DNA of 54,541 bases from Gammaproteobacteria bacterium (lineage in GTDB: Bacteria > Pseudomonadota > Gammaproteobacteria > GCA-002705445 > GCA-002716945): assembly GCA_029246085.1 (NCBI GenBank), contig JAQWOB010000023.1:1-54541 (forward strand). The letters are read 5' to 3'. The notes below the pieces were generated by a model, which worked only from the letters and a program-made list of their open reading frames with translations, was not told the DNA's origin and did no database searches. A program made the translations under genes and the position numbers. Shown here one piece after another: positions 38,563-48,130 of the stretch (positions within the stretch are counted from its first letter, which is position 1; every line of letters begins with the position of its first letter).

Positions 38563-38895
38563 ATGAGTGAATTAATCAATATTAATGATATTGGTGGAAG
38601 CATAACTAAAGAAGATGAACGTTATGTTGTAAAAGATAACAACTTGCTAAAGAATCTTGTTGTTAGTAGTACAGATTTAAAGCCACTGAAAAGTACTTCT
38701 GGGCATGAACATAAAGGCCAAGAAGAAGTATATTTTTTTGTAAAAGGTAACGGCAGAATGGAATTAGATGGAAAGGAAATTAATGTTGATGTTGGTGATA
38801 CTGTTCTAATTGAGGATGGTGTTTTCCATAGAGTGCATGCTGGATCGAAAGGTTGTTATTTTGTTTGTGTTTTTGATGGGAAAAGATCCCATTAA
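38563..38895 (+). CDS. Cupin domain protein
   Basis: GHEH..QEEVYFF, GD..LI..GVFHRV metal-binding cupin motifs. Confidence 0.85.
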   Translation: MSELININDIGGSITKEDERYVVKDNNLLKNLVVSSTDLKPLKSTSGHEHKGQEEVYFFVKGNGRMELDGKEINVDVGDTVLIEDGVFHRVHAGSKGCYFVCVFDGKRSH

Positions 38896-39971
38896 AAAAA
38901 TGATTTACTAATTTTATTCACATTCTCTATTAAGTCTTTTTTGTCATCATTAGTTATTGTGATGTGACCTAGTTTTCTATTTAACCTTTCTGATTTTCCA
39001 TAGTCATATACTTTATAAGTATTATTGCTTTTATTAATATTTTTAGGCATTTTTGAGATAATATTGAGCATTGCTGAATTACCATTAACTGAGATATTTT
39101 TAATATTAATATCTGCGATCGCCATAATATGAGCTTCAAATTGGCTAATATTGGCACCCTCATTTGTCCAATGACCAGAATTGTGAACTCTGGGGGCCAT
39201 TTCATTTGCAATAAGATTACCAGATTTATCTAAAAAGAATTCTATTACTAGCACCCCAGTATAGTTTAATTCTTTGGTTATTTTATTATGATAAGACTCT
39301 GCTAATTTTTGAAGTTTAGGATTTTCATATGGAGCAATGCTTAAGTTTAAGATTCCATCTCTATGGAAATTTTCAACAAGAGGATAAAAAATTGTTTCAG
39401 ATGATTTAGGACAGACCCCTATTATTGATACTTCAGTTTTAAAGTCTACTTTTTTTTCAAGGATAGATTCTGTTTCTCCAGATAGTCGCCATGCTTCTTC
39501 TGCACTGTATTTATTAATTGTAATTTGATTTTTACCATCATAACCCAATCTCCTTGATTTCAGAATTGAGTCATTGCCAAGTATCTCAATAGCTAGAGAA
39601 AGATCACTTATAGAATTAACAGTACGAAATTCAGTTGTCGGAATATTACATCCATTAAATATATTTTTTTCTTTGAGCCTATCTTGACAAATTTCTACTG
39701 CATATGAGCCCGGGTATACCGAAACTTTATTTTCTAAGTATTTCAATGCTTCTGATGGTACATTTTCAAAATCGATAGTTACAACATCGCACTCAGTAAT
39801 TAAAAGGTCTAGAGAGCCTTTGTCATTATAGTCAGATTTAATACATTGGACATATTTTGATGCTGGCGGGTTATCACTTGGATCCACAACTATGAAGTCA
39901 ATATTATGTTTTTCAGACATTTGAATCATCATCATTGCTAACTGTCCGCCACCAAGAATTCCAATACGCAT
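38892..39971 (-). CDS. purK: N5-CAIR synthetase
   Basis: GILGGGQLA, GYDGK, NEMAPRVHNSGH, RKLGH; ATG 39971. Confidence 0.96.
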   Translation of the reverse strand: MRIGILGGGQLAMMMIQMSEKHNIDFIVVDPSDNPPASKYVQCIKSDYNDKGSLDLLITECDVVTIDFENVPSEALKYLENKVSVYPGSYAVEICQDRLKEKNIFNGCNIPTTEFRTVNSISDLSLAIEILGNDSILKSRRLGYDGKNQITINKYSAEEAWRLSGETESILEKKVDFKTEVSIIGVCPKSSETIFYPLVENFHRDGILNLSIAPYENPKLQKLAESYHNKITKELNYTGVLVIEFFLDKSGNLIANEMAPRVHNSGHWTNEGANISQFEAHIMAIADINIKNISVNGNSAMLNIISKMPKNINKSNNTYKVYDYGKSERLNRKLGHITITNDDKKDLIENVNKISKSFF

Positions 39972-39972
39972 T

Positions 39973-40470
39973 TTATTTTCTCGGATCTCCATTCTTTAAA
40001 ACATCAACCGTTTGTTTCTTTCTAAATTTAATTAGAGCATCTTTTATTTTTGGATACTTAGAACTTAGGATGCTTGCGGCAAGTAATGCAGAATTAATTG
40101 CACCACTTTTCCCAATAGCTACTGTAGCAACTGGAATACCTTTTGGCATTTGTGCGATTGACAATAAAGAGTCTAAACCATCTAAACTTTTGGACTTAAT
40201 TGGCACACCAATAACAGGTAAGTGTGTTTTTGAAGCAACCATTCCTGGTAAATGTGCAGATCCACCTGCACCTGCAATAATTACTTCAATCCCTTTTGAA
40301 TCTGCAGATGACGAAAAATCATAAAGAAGATCCGGTGTTCTATGCGCAGAAACTATCTTAACTTCATATTTAATTTTTAACTTGTCAAACATGAGAGCTG
40401 TATTTTTCATGGTAGGCCAATCTGATTTAGACCCCATGATTATAGCTACTAATATGTCAGATTTCTTCAT
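39973..40470 (-). CDS. purE: N5-CAIR mutase
   Basis: [31 protein letters not shown]. Confidence 0.98.
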   Translation of the reverse strand: MKKSDILVAIIMGSKSDWPTMKNTALMFDKLKIKYEVKIVSAHRTPDLLYDFSSSADSKGIEVIIAGAGGSAHLPGMVASKTHLPVIGVPIKSKSLDGLDSLLSIAQMPKGIPVATVAIGKSGAINSALLAASILSSKYPKIKDALIKFRKKQTVDVLKNGDPRK

Positions 40471-40585
40471 AAACAGATTGTATCAGTATCAATTGTACCT
40501 TAACAATACTTATTATCTTTTATTAGTCAAATTATGATTTGTTTTATATAATCTTACTTAGTCTAATTAAATGGAATAAATCAAT

Positions 40586-41536
40586 ATGTTAGTAATTACT
40601 GGTGGAGCTGGCTTTATTGGCAGTAATTTAGTCAATTTTTTAAACAATAATCAAGATGAAGAAATCTTAATTATAGAAGAAATGGATACTTATCTTAAAA
40701 AATTTAAAAATCTTGATGATTTAAAATATATTGACTGTATAGATAAAAATACGTTTATTAATGATATAAACAATAATTCATCAAAATATAAAGGCAAGAT
40801 TAATAATATATTTCACTTAGGAGCATGTTCCAAAACTACAGAACCTGATAGAGATTATATCATGTCAACAAATTTTGAGTATTCAAAAGATATCTTGAAA
40901 TACTCGGCTAATAATAAAATTTCATTGATTTATGCTTCCTCCGCATCAGTCTATGGAGAAACTAAACTATTTATCGAGGAACCCGAGCACGAATCATTTC
41001 TCAACCATTATGCTGAGTCTAAATTATTATTTGATCAGTATTATAGGATTAATAGAGAAAAAATTACTTCGCAAGTTGTGGGATTAAGATATTTCAATGT
41101 ATTTGGGCCAAGAGAATTTCATAAAGAAGGAATGTTTAGTGTGATATATCATTTTTTTACTCAGATGAATGAATCAGGCAGTATTAATCTTTTTAAAGGC
41201 AGCCATGGTTATAAGGATGGAGAGCAAAGAAGAGATTTTATACATGTAGATGATACAGTAAAGGTAAATAATTGGTTCAAAACAAATCCAGGAGTATCTG
41301 GAATATATAATGTTGGAACAGGGAAAAGTAGAACTTTTAATGATATAGCGAATTGTGTTTTAGATTATTATAAAAAAGGATCTATAAATTACATAAATTT
41401 TCCAGATAATTTAGAAGACCAATATCAGGCATTCACTGAAGCTGATATGTCAAAAATAAAGGCCAAAGGGTATTCCGATAATTTTATTAATTTAGAAGAA
41501 GGCGTTAAGTCTTACTTGGACTGGTTATCAAAATAA
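40586..41536 (+). CDS. hldD: ADP-L-glycero-D-manno-heptose 6-epimerase
   Basis: [44 protein letters not shown]. Confidence 0.93.
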   Translation: MLVITGGAGFIGSNLVNFLNNNQDEEILIIEEMDTYLKKFKNLDDLKYIDCIDKNTFINDINNNSSKYKGKINNIFHLGACSKTTEPDRDYIMSTNFEYSKDILKYSANNKISLIYASSASVYGETKLFIEEPEHESFLNHYAESKLLFDQYYRINREKITSQVVGLRYFNVFGPREFHKEGMFSVIYHFFTQMNESGSINLFKGSHGYKDGEQRRDFIHVDDTVKVNNWFKTNPGVSGIYNVGTGKSRTFNDIANCVLDYYKKGSINYINFPDNLEDQYQAFTEADMSKIKAKGYSDNFINLEEGVKSYLDWLSK

Positions 41537-41538
41537 TT

Positions 41539-42546
41539 ATGAGTTCAAAAGAAACATTTTTAATTATCGCTCCTTCTTGGATTGGTGATTTAATTATTTC
41601 TCAATCATTGATTAAATATTTAAAAAAAGAATACCTAGATTGTCAAATTGATATTATTGTTAGGCCAGAATTAGTTAAATTAGCAAAGATGATGCCAGAG
41701 GTTCAAAATATTTATTCTCTAGATATTGAGCATAAGGAATTAGGTTTGATTAAAAGACATATATTGGCAAAGGAGATAAAAAAATATTCATATTCAACTT
41801 CCATAATACTGCCAAATAGCTTCAAGTCAGCTATTATTCCTTGGTTAGCAAATGTACCGCTTAGGGTTGGGTATAATAGAGAATTAAGATTATTTCTACT
41901 AAATAAAAAATACTCTTTAATTAAACATAAAGATAGTATGGTCAACCGATATTTAAAATTAGCAGATGGATCTTACTCAGATAGCATTAGGCCGTCACTT
42001 GTAATTGATAGAGATTTAGCTGACTCGATTGGTAGAAAATATCTAATTAATAATTCTAAAAAAAATATAGTCTTATGTCCAGAAGCTGAATATGGATCAG
42101 CTAAAAGATGGCCAACCAATAAATGGGTGCAGCTAGCTAATTTTTATAAGGAAAAAAATTATAATGTTTATTTGCTTGGCAAAAATAAAAATCTTGATAT
42201 AAAATATAATAGTGTCTTGAAAAAAGATTCAGTCATTTCATTATTAGGAAAAACTAGCCTTGAAGAAGCCACTTATCTTTTGTCGTTAGTAGATTTAGTG
42301 ATTACAAATGATTCTGGGTTAATGCATATTACAGCTTCAGTTAACACTAATTTAATTTCAATATTTGGCTCTTCGTCACCATTTTATACGCCACCACTAA
42401 TGAAGGATCAATTTGGCGAGGTAGTATATAAAGCTCTTAAATGTAGCCCATGCTTTAAGAGAGAATGTCCATTACAGCATCTAAATTGCCTTAATCATAT
42501 TAGTGCTGAAGAAATACTTAATAAATCCATCAAATACTTAAGTTGA
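41539..42546 (+). CDS. waaF: LPS heptosyltransferase II
   Basis: PSWIGD, LPNSFKSA, AEYGSAKRWP, NDSGLMH, CSPCFKRECP. Confidence 0.93.
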   Translation: MSSKETFLIIAPSWIGDLIISQSLIKYLKKEYLDCQIDIIVRPELVKLAKMMPEVQNIYSLDIEHKELGLIKRHILAKEIKKYSYSTSIILPNSFKSAIIPWLANVPLRVGYNRELRLFLLNKKYSLIKHKDSMVNRYLKLADGSYSDSIRPSLVIDRDLADSIGRKYLINNSKKNIVLCPEAEYGSAKRWPTNKWVQLANFYKEKNYNVYLLGKNKNLDIKYNSVLKKDSVISLLGKTSLEEATYLLSLVDLVITNDSGLMHITASVNTNLISIFGSSSPFYTPPLMKDQFGEVVYKALKCSPCFKRECPLQHLNCLNHISAEEILNKSIKYLS

Positions 42547-43551
42547 TGAAATAAATTTCTGCATTTTTAAGAGTGATTTTTTAATATCTATGCTTATGAA
42601 ACTTTTATTATTCCCGGTATCGGTAAAAGATAATTTATTTTCAAAATTATTTATTGTTTCCCACCTCAAACTTGTTGATGATTTCTTTTTTGGATAAAAT
42701 CCTATTGTTTTCTTATTTAAAGAACCAGCAACATGTAATGGTCCAGTAGAGCCAGCAATAAATACATCACAGACACTTATATTATTAACCATATTCAAGA
42801 TACTTTTTTTAGGCTCAATTACTCTAATTGTTACCTCATTATCAATACTGATTTTTAAATTTTTAGCAATCTGTTCTTCTTCTATTGAACAATGAATCAA
42901 AAAATTATAATCATCAAACTTTCTTAGGCCTTTGCATATATTGCCAAAATCATCCAAGCTTAATCCCTTTGATGAGCCACCTGTGCCTGGATGTAAAAAT
43001 ATTATTTTTTTATCTGGATTTAGATTATATTCATTCATAAAATTAACTTTATTCTTAGAAGCCATTTCATAGTTATAAGTTAAATAAGGACCAAGACCCA
43101 TTTCTTTAATATTAGATATATTCATTATTTTAAAAACTTCATATACAAGATCTATATTATATTCATATTCAGGTTTTTTAGACTTAGACCTTTTTTGATA
43201 AAGTTTATGATTATAAAATATTTGAGCTAGTTTTGTTTTAGGAGCGAATCTTAAGGGTATATTTAGTTTTTTTAATAAATACCCAATTCTAAATGTTGAA
43301 AAAAATGATATTGCTACATCAAATTTATATTGCTTTAGGAGTGGATAGAGATCTTTGATTTTTTTATCTACCACTACTTCATCAATGAATTCACACTGCT
43401 GAGCAAGCTCTTCTACATTTTTTGACACAAGACATACTATTTTGGAATCAGGAATATTTTTTTTTAGTGAAGCAACCGCAGGTAATATTAAAGCAAAATC
43501 TCCAATCTTATCATTTCTGATTATTAAGATTTGTTGGGTTTTTTTTGTCAT
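42538..43551 (-). CDS. Glycosyltransferase family 9 (heptosyltransferase-like)
   Basis: RNDKIGD, HPGTGGS, STGPLHVA. Confidence 0.9.
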   Translation of the reverse strand: MTKKTQQILIIRNDKIGDFALILPAVASLKKNIPDSKIVCLVSKNVEELAQQCEFIDEVVVDKKIKDLYPLLKQYKFDVAISFFSTFRIGYLLKKLNIPLRFAPKTKLAQIFYNHKLYQKRSKSKKPEYEYNIDLVYEVFKIMNISNIKEMGLGPYLTYNYEMASKNKVNFMNEYNLNPDKKIIFLHPGTGGSSKGLSLDDFGNICKGLRKFDDYNFLIHCSIEEEQIAKNLKISIDNEVTIRVIEPKKSILNMVNNISVCDVFIAGSTGPLHVAGSLNKKTIGFYPKKKSSTSLRWETINNFENKLSFTDTGNNKSFISIDIKKSLLKMQKFISST

Positions 43552-43556
43552 TCCTT

Positions 43557-44489
43557 TTAAAGCTGTTTTTTAAAATAAAGTATTGTTTCTTTAAGGCCAT
43601 CTATCACGTCTACATGAGGCTCCCAATCAAGATACTTTTTAGCTTTACTTATATCTGGCCTACGCCTAACTGGATCATCTATCGGCAATCCTTTATTTAT
43701 AATTTTAGATTTTGAATCAGTAAGCTTAATTATCATTTGAGCTAATTCAATAATTTTAAACTCTACAGGATTGCCTAAATTAATAGGACCGGTGGTTGTT
43801 TTTTCTGATAACATCATTTTCATCATGCCATTAACTAAATCATCGATATAGCAAAATGATCTTGTCTGTTCTCCATTACCATATACTGTTATATCTTCAT
43901 TAGTTAAAGCTTGCATTATAAAGTTACTGACAACTCTGCCATCATTAGGATGCATATTAGGGCCATATGTATTAAATATTCTTACTACCTTGATATCCAA
44001 GTCATGCTGTCTCTTATAATCAAAAAATAAAGTTTCAGCGCATCTTTTGCCTTCATCATAACAACTTCTTGGGCCGATAGGGTTAACATTACCCCAATAA
44101 CTTTCAACTTGCGGATGCACGTCAGGATCACCATAGACTTCTGATGTGGAGGCTTGCAATATTCTTGCATTAATTCTTTTAGCTAACCCAAGCATGTTAA
44201 TAGCGCCATGAACTGTTGTTTTTGTTGTTTGGACAGGATCATGTTGATAGTGAATAGGAGAAGCTGGACAAGCTAAATTATAAATTTCATCAACTTCTAC
44301 ATATAAAGGAAAACAGATGTCATGCCTTATAGCTTCGAAGTATGTGTTTTTGAAAAGGCCGCTTATGTTTTCTTTAGTGCCAGTAAAATAATTATCGATG
44401 CATAGAACATCATTGCCTTCATCAAGAAGCTTCTTACATAAATGCGAACCAATGAATCCTGCTCCACCTGTAACTAAGATTTTTTTCAT
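43557..44489 (-). CDS. UDP-glucuronate decarboxylase (UDP-xylose synthase)
   Basis: [47 protein letters not shown]. Confidence 0.93.
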   Translation of the reverse strand: MKKILVTGGAGFIGSHLCKKLLDEGNDVLCIDNYFTGTKENISGLFKNTYFEAIRHDICFPLYVEVDEIYNLACPASPIHYQHDPVQTTKTTVHGAINMLGLAKRINARILQASTSEVYGDPDVHPQVESYWGNVNPIGPRSCYDEGKRCAETLFFDYKRQHDLDIKVVRIFNTYGPNMHPNDGRVVSNFIMQALTNEDITVYGNGEQTRSFCYIDDLVNGMMKMMLSEKTTTGPINLGNPVEFKIIELAQMIIKLTDSKSKIINKGLPIDDPVRRRPDISKAKKYLDWEPHVDVIDGLKETILYFKKQL

Positions 44490-44511
44490 ATGTTTTATTT
44501 CACTTTAAAAA

Positions 44512-44520
44512 ATTATACCA
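44512..44520 (-). promoter_or_regulatory. Extended -10 element (TGgTATAAT) for the UDP-GlcA decarboxylase/GT9 genes
   Basis: Consensus match 22 nt upstream of ATG 44489. Confidence 0.5.
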
Positions 44521-44540
44521 TACCTTAATCTATTCAATTT

Positions 44541-44549
44541 TGCTATAAT
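44541..44549 (+). promoter_or_regulatory. Extended -10 element (TGcTATAAT) for the GT4/GT2 genes
   Basis: Consensus match 12 nt upstream of ATG 44562. Confidence 0.5.
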
Positions 44550-44561
44550 ATTCTAATATTT

Positions 44562-45650
44562 ATGAACAAGATACTAGCAATATGTACATCACCTGACAAA
44601 GGCGGCCTAGAGCTATATTTTGTTAACATGGTCAATCATTTTCATTTGAGTGAAAAAAATATAACTGCTGTTTGTCAAGAAGATAGTCAAATTTCAAAAT
44701 TAGTTAAATCACCCGTGATTGGAGTAACTAAGACCTCAATATTTAATATTTTCTACAAATCTTATAAATTATCTAACTATATAAACAAAGAGAATATTAA
44801 AATAGTTCATGTGAGCTGGACTAAAGATTTATTTTTTGCTGCTCTAGTAAAATTATTTTCAAATCAACAGGTAAAAATTATTTATCATAGACAAATGAAA
44901 ATAACTAGATATAAAAAAGATTTTTATCATAATTTTATCTATAAAAGCATTAGTATTGTTTTAGTTATAACAAAAGGCTTGCTTATTGATTGCCAAAAAT
45001 ATCTTCCAATAGATGGCGATAAAATAATTGAATTGCCATATGGAATTTCATTACCTGACAATAATAAAATCTATGATAAAAAAATATTCTTAAATGACCT
45101 TAAGCTTAAAGAAGATATTTTTACTATTGGTGTTTTCTCGCGTATAGAAGAACAAAAGGGACAGCATTTAGTGATAGAGGCCTTAAACCTGCTATCAGAA
45201 AAAAATATACAATTAGTTGTAGTAGGGCATTGTATGGACCCTAGTTACCAGAATAATTTAATTGATATGATTAATAAATACAAAATGAGTCATCGAGTTG
45301 CTTTTACGCCTTTCATTGAGTCTCCAATGAAATTGATGCCAATGCTAGATTTAATTATTTTACCTACTTACGAAGAAACGTTTGGCTTGGTTGTCGCAGA
45401 ATCTATGTTAATGGGAACTCCGGTTATTGGTAGTAATGCTGGTGGAGTACCAGAAATCATTAGCGATGAGCATAATGGTTTATTATTTGAGTCAAAGAAT
45501 TATAAATCTTTAAGTGAGAAAATAATTTCTATTTATAAATCAGAAGAGTTTAGGGTAAAACTATCAAATAATGCTAAAATATTTGCTAACGAACATTATG
45601 ATTACCAGAAACATTTTTCTAGACTAGAAAGCATTATACAGAAATTATGA
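44562..45650 (+). CDS. Glycosyltransferase family 4 (LPS core)
   Basis: GGLE, RIEEQKGQ, ETFGLVVAESM, GGVPEI. Confidence 0.9.
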   Translation: MNKILAICTSPDKGGLELYFVNMVNHFHLSEKNITAVCQEDSQISKLVKSPVIGVTKTSIFNIFYKSYKLSNYINKENIKIVHVSWTKDLFFAALVKLFSNQQVKIIYHRQMKITRYKKDFYHNFIYKSISIVLVITKGLLIDCQKYLPIDGDKIIELPYGISLPDNNKIYDKKIFLNDLKLKEDIFTIGVFSRIEEQKGQHLVIEALNLLSEKNIQLVVVGHCMDPSYQNNLIDMINKYKMSHRVAFTPFIESPMKLMPMLDLIILPTYEETFGLVVAESMLMGTPVIGSNAGGVPEIISDEHNGLLFESKNYKSLSEKIISIYKSEEFRVKLSNNAKIFANEHYDYQKHFSRLESIIQKL

Positions 45651-46438
45651 ATAAGATAAGCGGAACAATAATAACACTTAATACTGAAAAACTGATTACA
45701 GACTGTATTATATCTTTGAAAAAAGTATGTGATGAAATAATAGTGCTTGATTCTCTAAGCACTGATAAGACTGCTCAAATTGCTAAAGAGCTCGGTGCAA
45801 AAGTTTACTTCCAAGATTTTTTAGGCGATGGACCTCAAAAAAGATTAGCAGCATCTTATGCGTCCAATGATTGGGTATTTAGTTTAGATGCAGATGAAAG
45901 ACTTGAAGATGATTTGATTGAGTTTGTCAATTCTTTAAAATTAGACTCAGGCAATTATAATGCTTATTCATTTAGAAGAAGAAATTTTTGTGGAAAAAAA
46001 TGGATTAAAGCTGCTAGCTTCTATCCAGATAGAGTCATACGTCTTTATAATAAGTCACAAGTAAATTACACCATGAGTACATCGCATGCTTATGTAGACT
46101 CATCAGCTAAAAACATAGACTGTCATTTATTACACTATACTTATAGTTCATACACAGACTGGATCAATAAGATTAATTTCTATAGCTTGGAAAGCGCAAA
46201 AACTATGCATATTGCTGGAATTAAAAGATCAAATATTAGACCTATTACGCATTCATTGTTTTCATTTTTTAAAAAAATGTTTTTTAAAGGTGGAATCTTT
46301 CAAGGAATTGACGGCTTTACTGTTGCCTTAACTACTATGTTTAATACTTATATGAAATATATAAAGCTAAATGAGTTATATGATAATAAAGAGGATCCAA
46401 GCAAACATTTTCCAGTAAAAAAATCAGATAACGAGTAA
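45647..46438 (+). CDS. Glycosyltransferase family 2 (WaaE/KdtX-like)
   Basis: VLDSLSTDKT, WVFSLDADE, YPDRVIRL. Confidence 0.9.
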   Translation: MNKISGTIITLNTEKLITDCIISLKKVCDEIIVLDSLSTDKTAQIAKELGAKVYFQDFLGDGPQKRLAASYASNDWVFSLDADERLEDDLIEFVNSLKLDSGNYNAYSFRRRNFCGKKWIKAASFYPDRVIRLYNKSQVNYTMSTSHAYVDSSAKNIDCHLLHYTYSSYTDWINKINFYSLESAKTMHIAGIKRSNIRPITHSLFSFFKKMFFKGGIFQGIDGFTVALTTMFNTYMKYIKLNELYDNKEDPSKHFPVKKSDNE

Positions 46439-47005
46439 GTCTTCCGGCTTATCAATATCTTTTAATTCTGTTAATAATTCTAAATCTAATGAACGAGATC
46501 TGATATTATTTTTTACATTTTGAATATCCATGGTTTTCATGCAATCTATGAAATCTTTATACTGTCCCTTGATTCCAATTAAGTAAAAACCACCATCTAT
46601 TGATGGGCCAATAACAACATCTTTTTTTAAAAGAGCATGTTTAGCATTCATGATAGTACCTTTAGTTAAGGATGGGATATCGGATCCAATTAATATAGTT
46701 TTTTCATGTTTTGAGCTTTCTAGTAATAAGCAGTTGTTCATTCTTTCACATAGAGATGATCCTTTCTGCTGCCTTATATTCATTTTATATTTTTTCTTAA
46801 TATCATTAAATAAATTATGTTTAAAGTGAGGATATACCCATAATGTAATTTTAAAATCATTATTAATATCTGAAACTTCATCCAATATGTTTGTTAGCAT
46901 ATGTAGAGTTATAAAAGATCTCTCTTCTTTGTTTAATAAATTTTTTAACCTTGTTTTAGGATTACCATTATATGGACATTTTGAGAAAATATTTAAAGAA
47001 ATCAT
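46424..47005 (-). CDS. DUF2064/TIGR04282-type transferase (CofC-like fold) associated with ArsS-type rSAM
   Basis: FSK.P..G..KTRL, Q.G..L.ERM, IGSDIP, GPSIDGGFYLIG, DIDKPEDL. Confidence 0.85.
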   Translation of the reverse strand: MISLNIFSKCPYNGNPKTRLKNLLNKEERSFITLHMLTNILDEVSDINNDFKITLWVYPHFKHNLFNDIKKKYKMNIRQQKGSSLCERMNNCLLLESSKHEKTILIGSDIPSLTKGTIMNAKHALLKKDVVIGPSIDGGFYLIGIKGQYKDFIDCMKTMDIQNVKNNIRSRSLDLELLTELKDIDKPEDLLVI

Positions 47006-47661
47006 TTATAAAGTCGCTTTAAAATATGAGTTTTAACTCCAATATGGTATAAAAACCTTAGAGCCCTCATTTTTAATATAGTCCTCATAAATCCATGATC
47101 ATCCCATCTTCTAGATGATGTGATAGCATGACTATTAATTATGATAGGGGTAGATATTCTCTTTAGCATCGAGCATATCGCTATATCCTCCATTATCATC
47201 AAATTAGGAAACCCTTTGATTTTATTAAAAATATTTTTCTCAATATAAAGAACTTGATCACCAGTCCCATAATTATATAGCGTCGATCTTAAATTTATAA
47301 AGAAACTTAAAATTTTGTATTTGATTTTATCATTATTAAATTTAACTTTAAAAAATCCCCATATCTTATCTTCTTTTATAGATAATAATTGTTTTGTAGT
47401 TATGTATGTATCGGCATGCAAGAAAACAAGAGTATTACCTTTAGCAATTGATGCACCAATATTTTGCTGTATTGCTCTTCCTGGCTTAGTTTTCAGTATA
47501 TGATCAACTAAATTGTTTGCTATCTCAGTGGTATTATCAGTACTGCCCCCATCCACTAAAATTATTTCACAACTATTATGCCTTCTTAGTTCTTGCAAAT
47601 GATTAAGATTTTTAGACATATTCTGAGCTTCATTTTTTACAGGTATAATAATTGAAATCAT
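47002..47661 (-). CDS. TIGR04283-type GT2 glycosyltransferase associated with ArsS-type rSAM
   Basis: VDGGSTD, GRAIQQNIGA, FLHADT, GDQ, MED, TSSRRW. Confidence 0.88.
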   Translation of the reverse strand: MISIIIPVKNEAQNMSKNLNHLQELRRHNSCEIILVDGGSTDNTTEIANNLVDHILKTKPGRAIQQNIGASIAKGNTLVFLHADTYITTKQLLSIKEDKIWGFFKVKFNNDKIKYKILSFFINLRSTLYNYGTGDQVLYIEKNIFNKIKGFPNLMIMEDIAICSMLKRISTPIIINSHAITSSRRWDDHGFMRTILKMRALRFLYHIGVKTHILKRLYK

Positions 47662-47680
47662 TTTTTGATTTAATTTAAAC

Positions 47681-48130
47681 TCATTCTACAGTGATTGTAA
47701 TCTTTTTAGATATTAATGGCTTATCATGTGGTATATGCATATAGTCTCCAAAAATTAACTGGAGTGTATGGGTTCCACTCTTTAAATCTATGAAGGCTCT
47801 TGTCTGACCTTTGCCAAAATGTAAATGTTTCTTATCAGAAGGGATGGGTTTAGAAAGACTTGGCAATATATCGGTATCAATAATTAGATGATGATGTCCA
47901 GATAATTCTTTTTTAATCCCAGCAGGAGCAACAGTCATATTGCTAATACCAAAGATTACTTCAACTGGACTCGAGACGACCTCTTTATCTAGTGGGCTTA
48001 TAATAAAAACTTCTGCGTTTGAATTTGATAAAGACTTAGATAATCCTCCAGCAGAATTTACTAGCTTGTATGGCAATAAAAGAGAGCATAGAAATAATGT
48101 AAGTATTAAAATTTTTATTTTTTTGGTCAT
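47681..48130 (-). CDS. DUF4399 family exported His-rich protein
   Basis: Signal peptide; APAG, GHHHLIID, HFGKGQT, GTHTLQL..GD..H. Confidence 0.85.
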   Translation of the reverse strand: MTKKIKILILTLFLCSLLLPYKLVNSAGGLSKSLSNSNAEVFIISPLDKEVVSSPVEVIFGISNMTVAPAGIKKELSGHHHLIIDTDILPSLSKPIPSDKKHLHFGKGQTRAFIDLKSGTHTLQLIFGDYMHIPHDKPLISKKITITVE

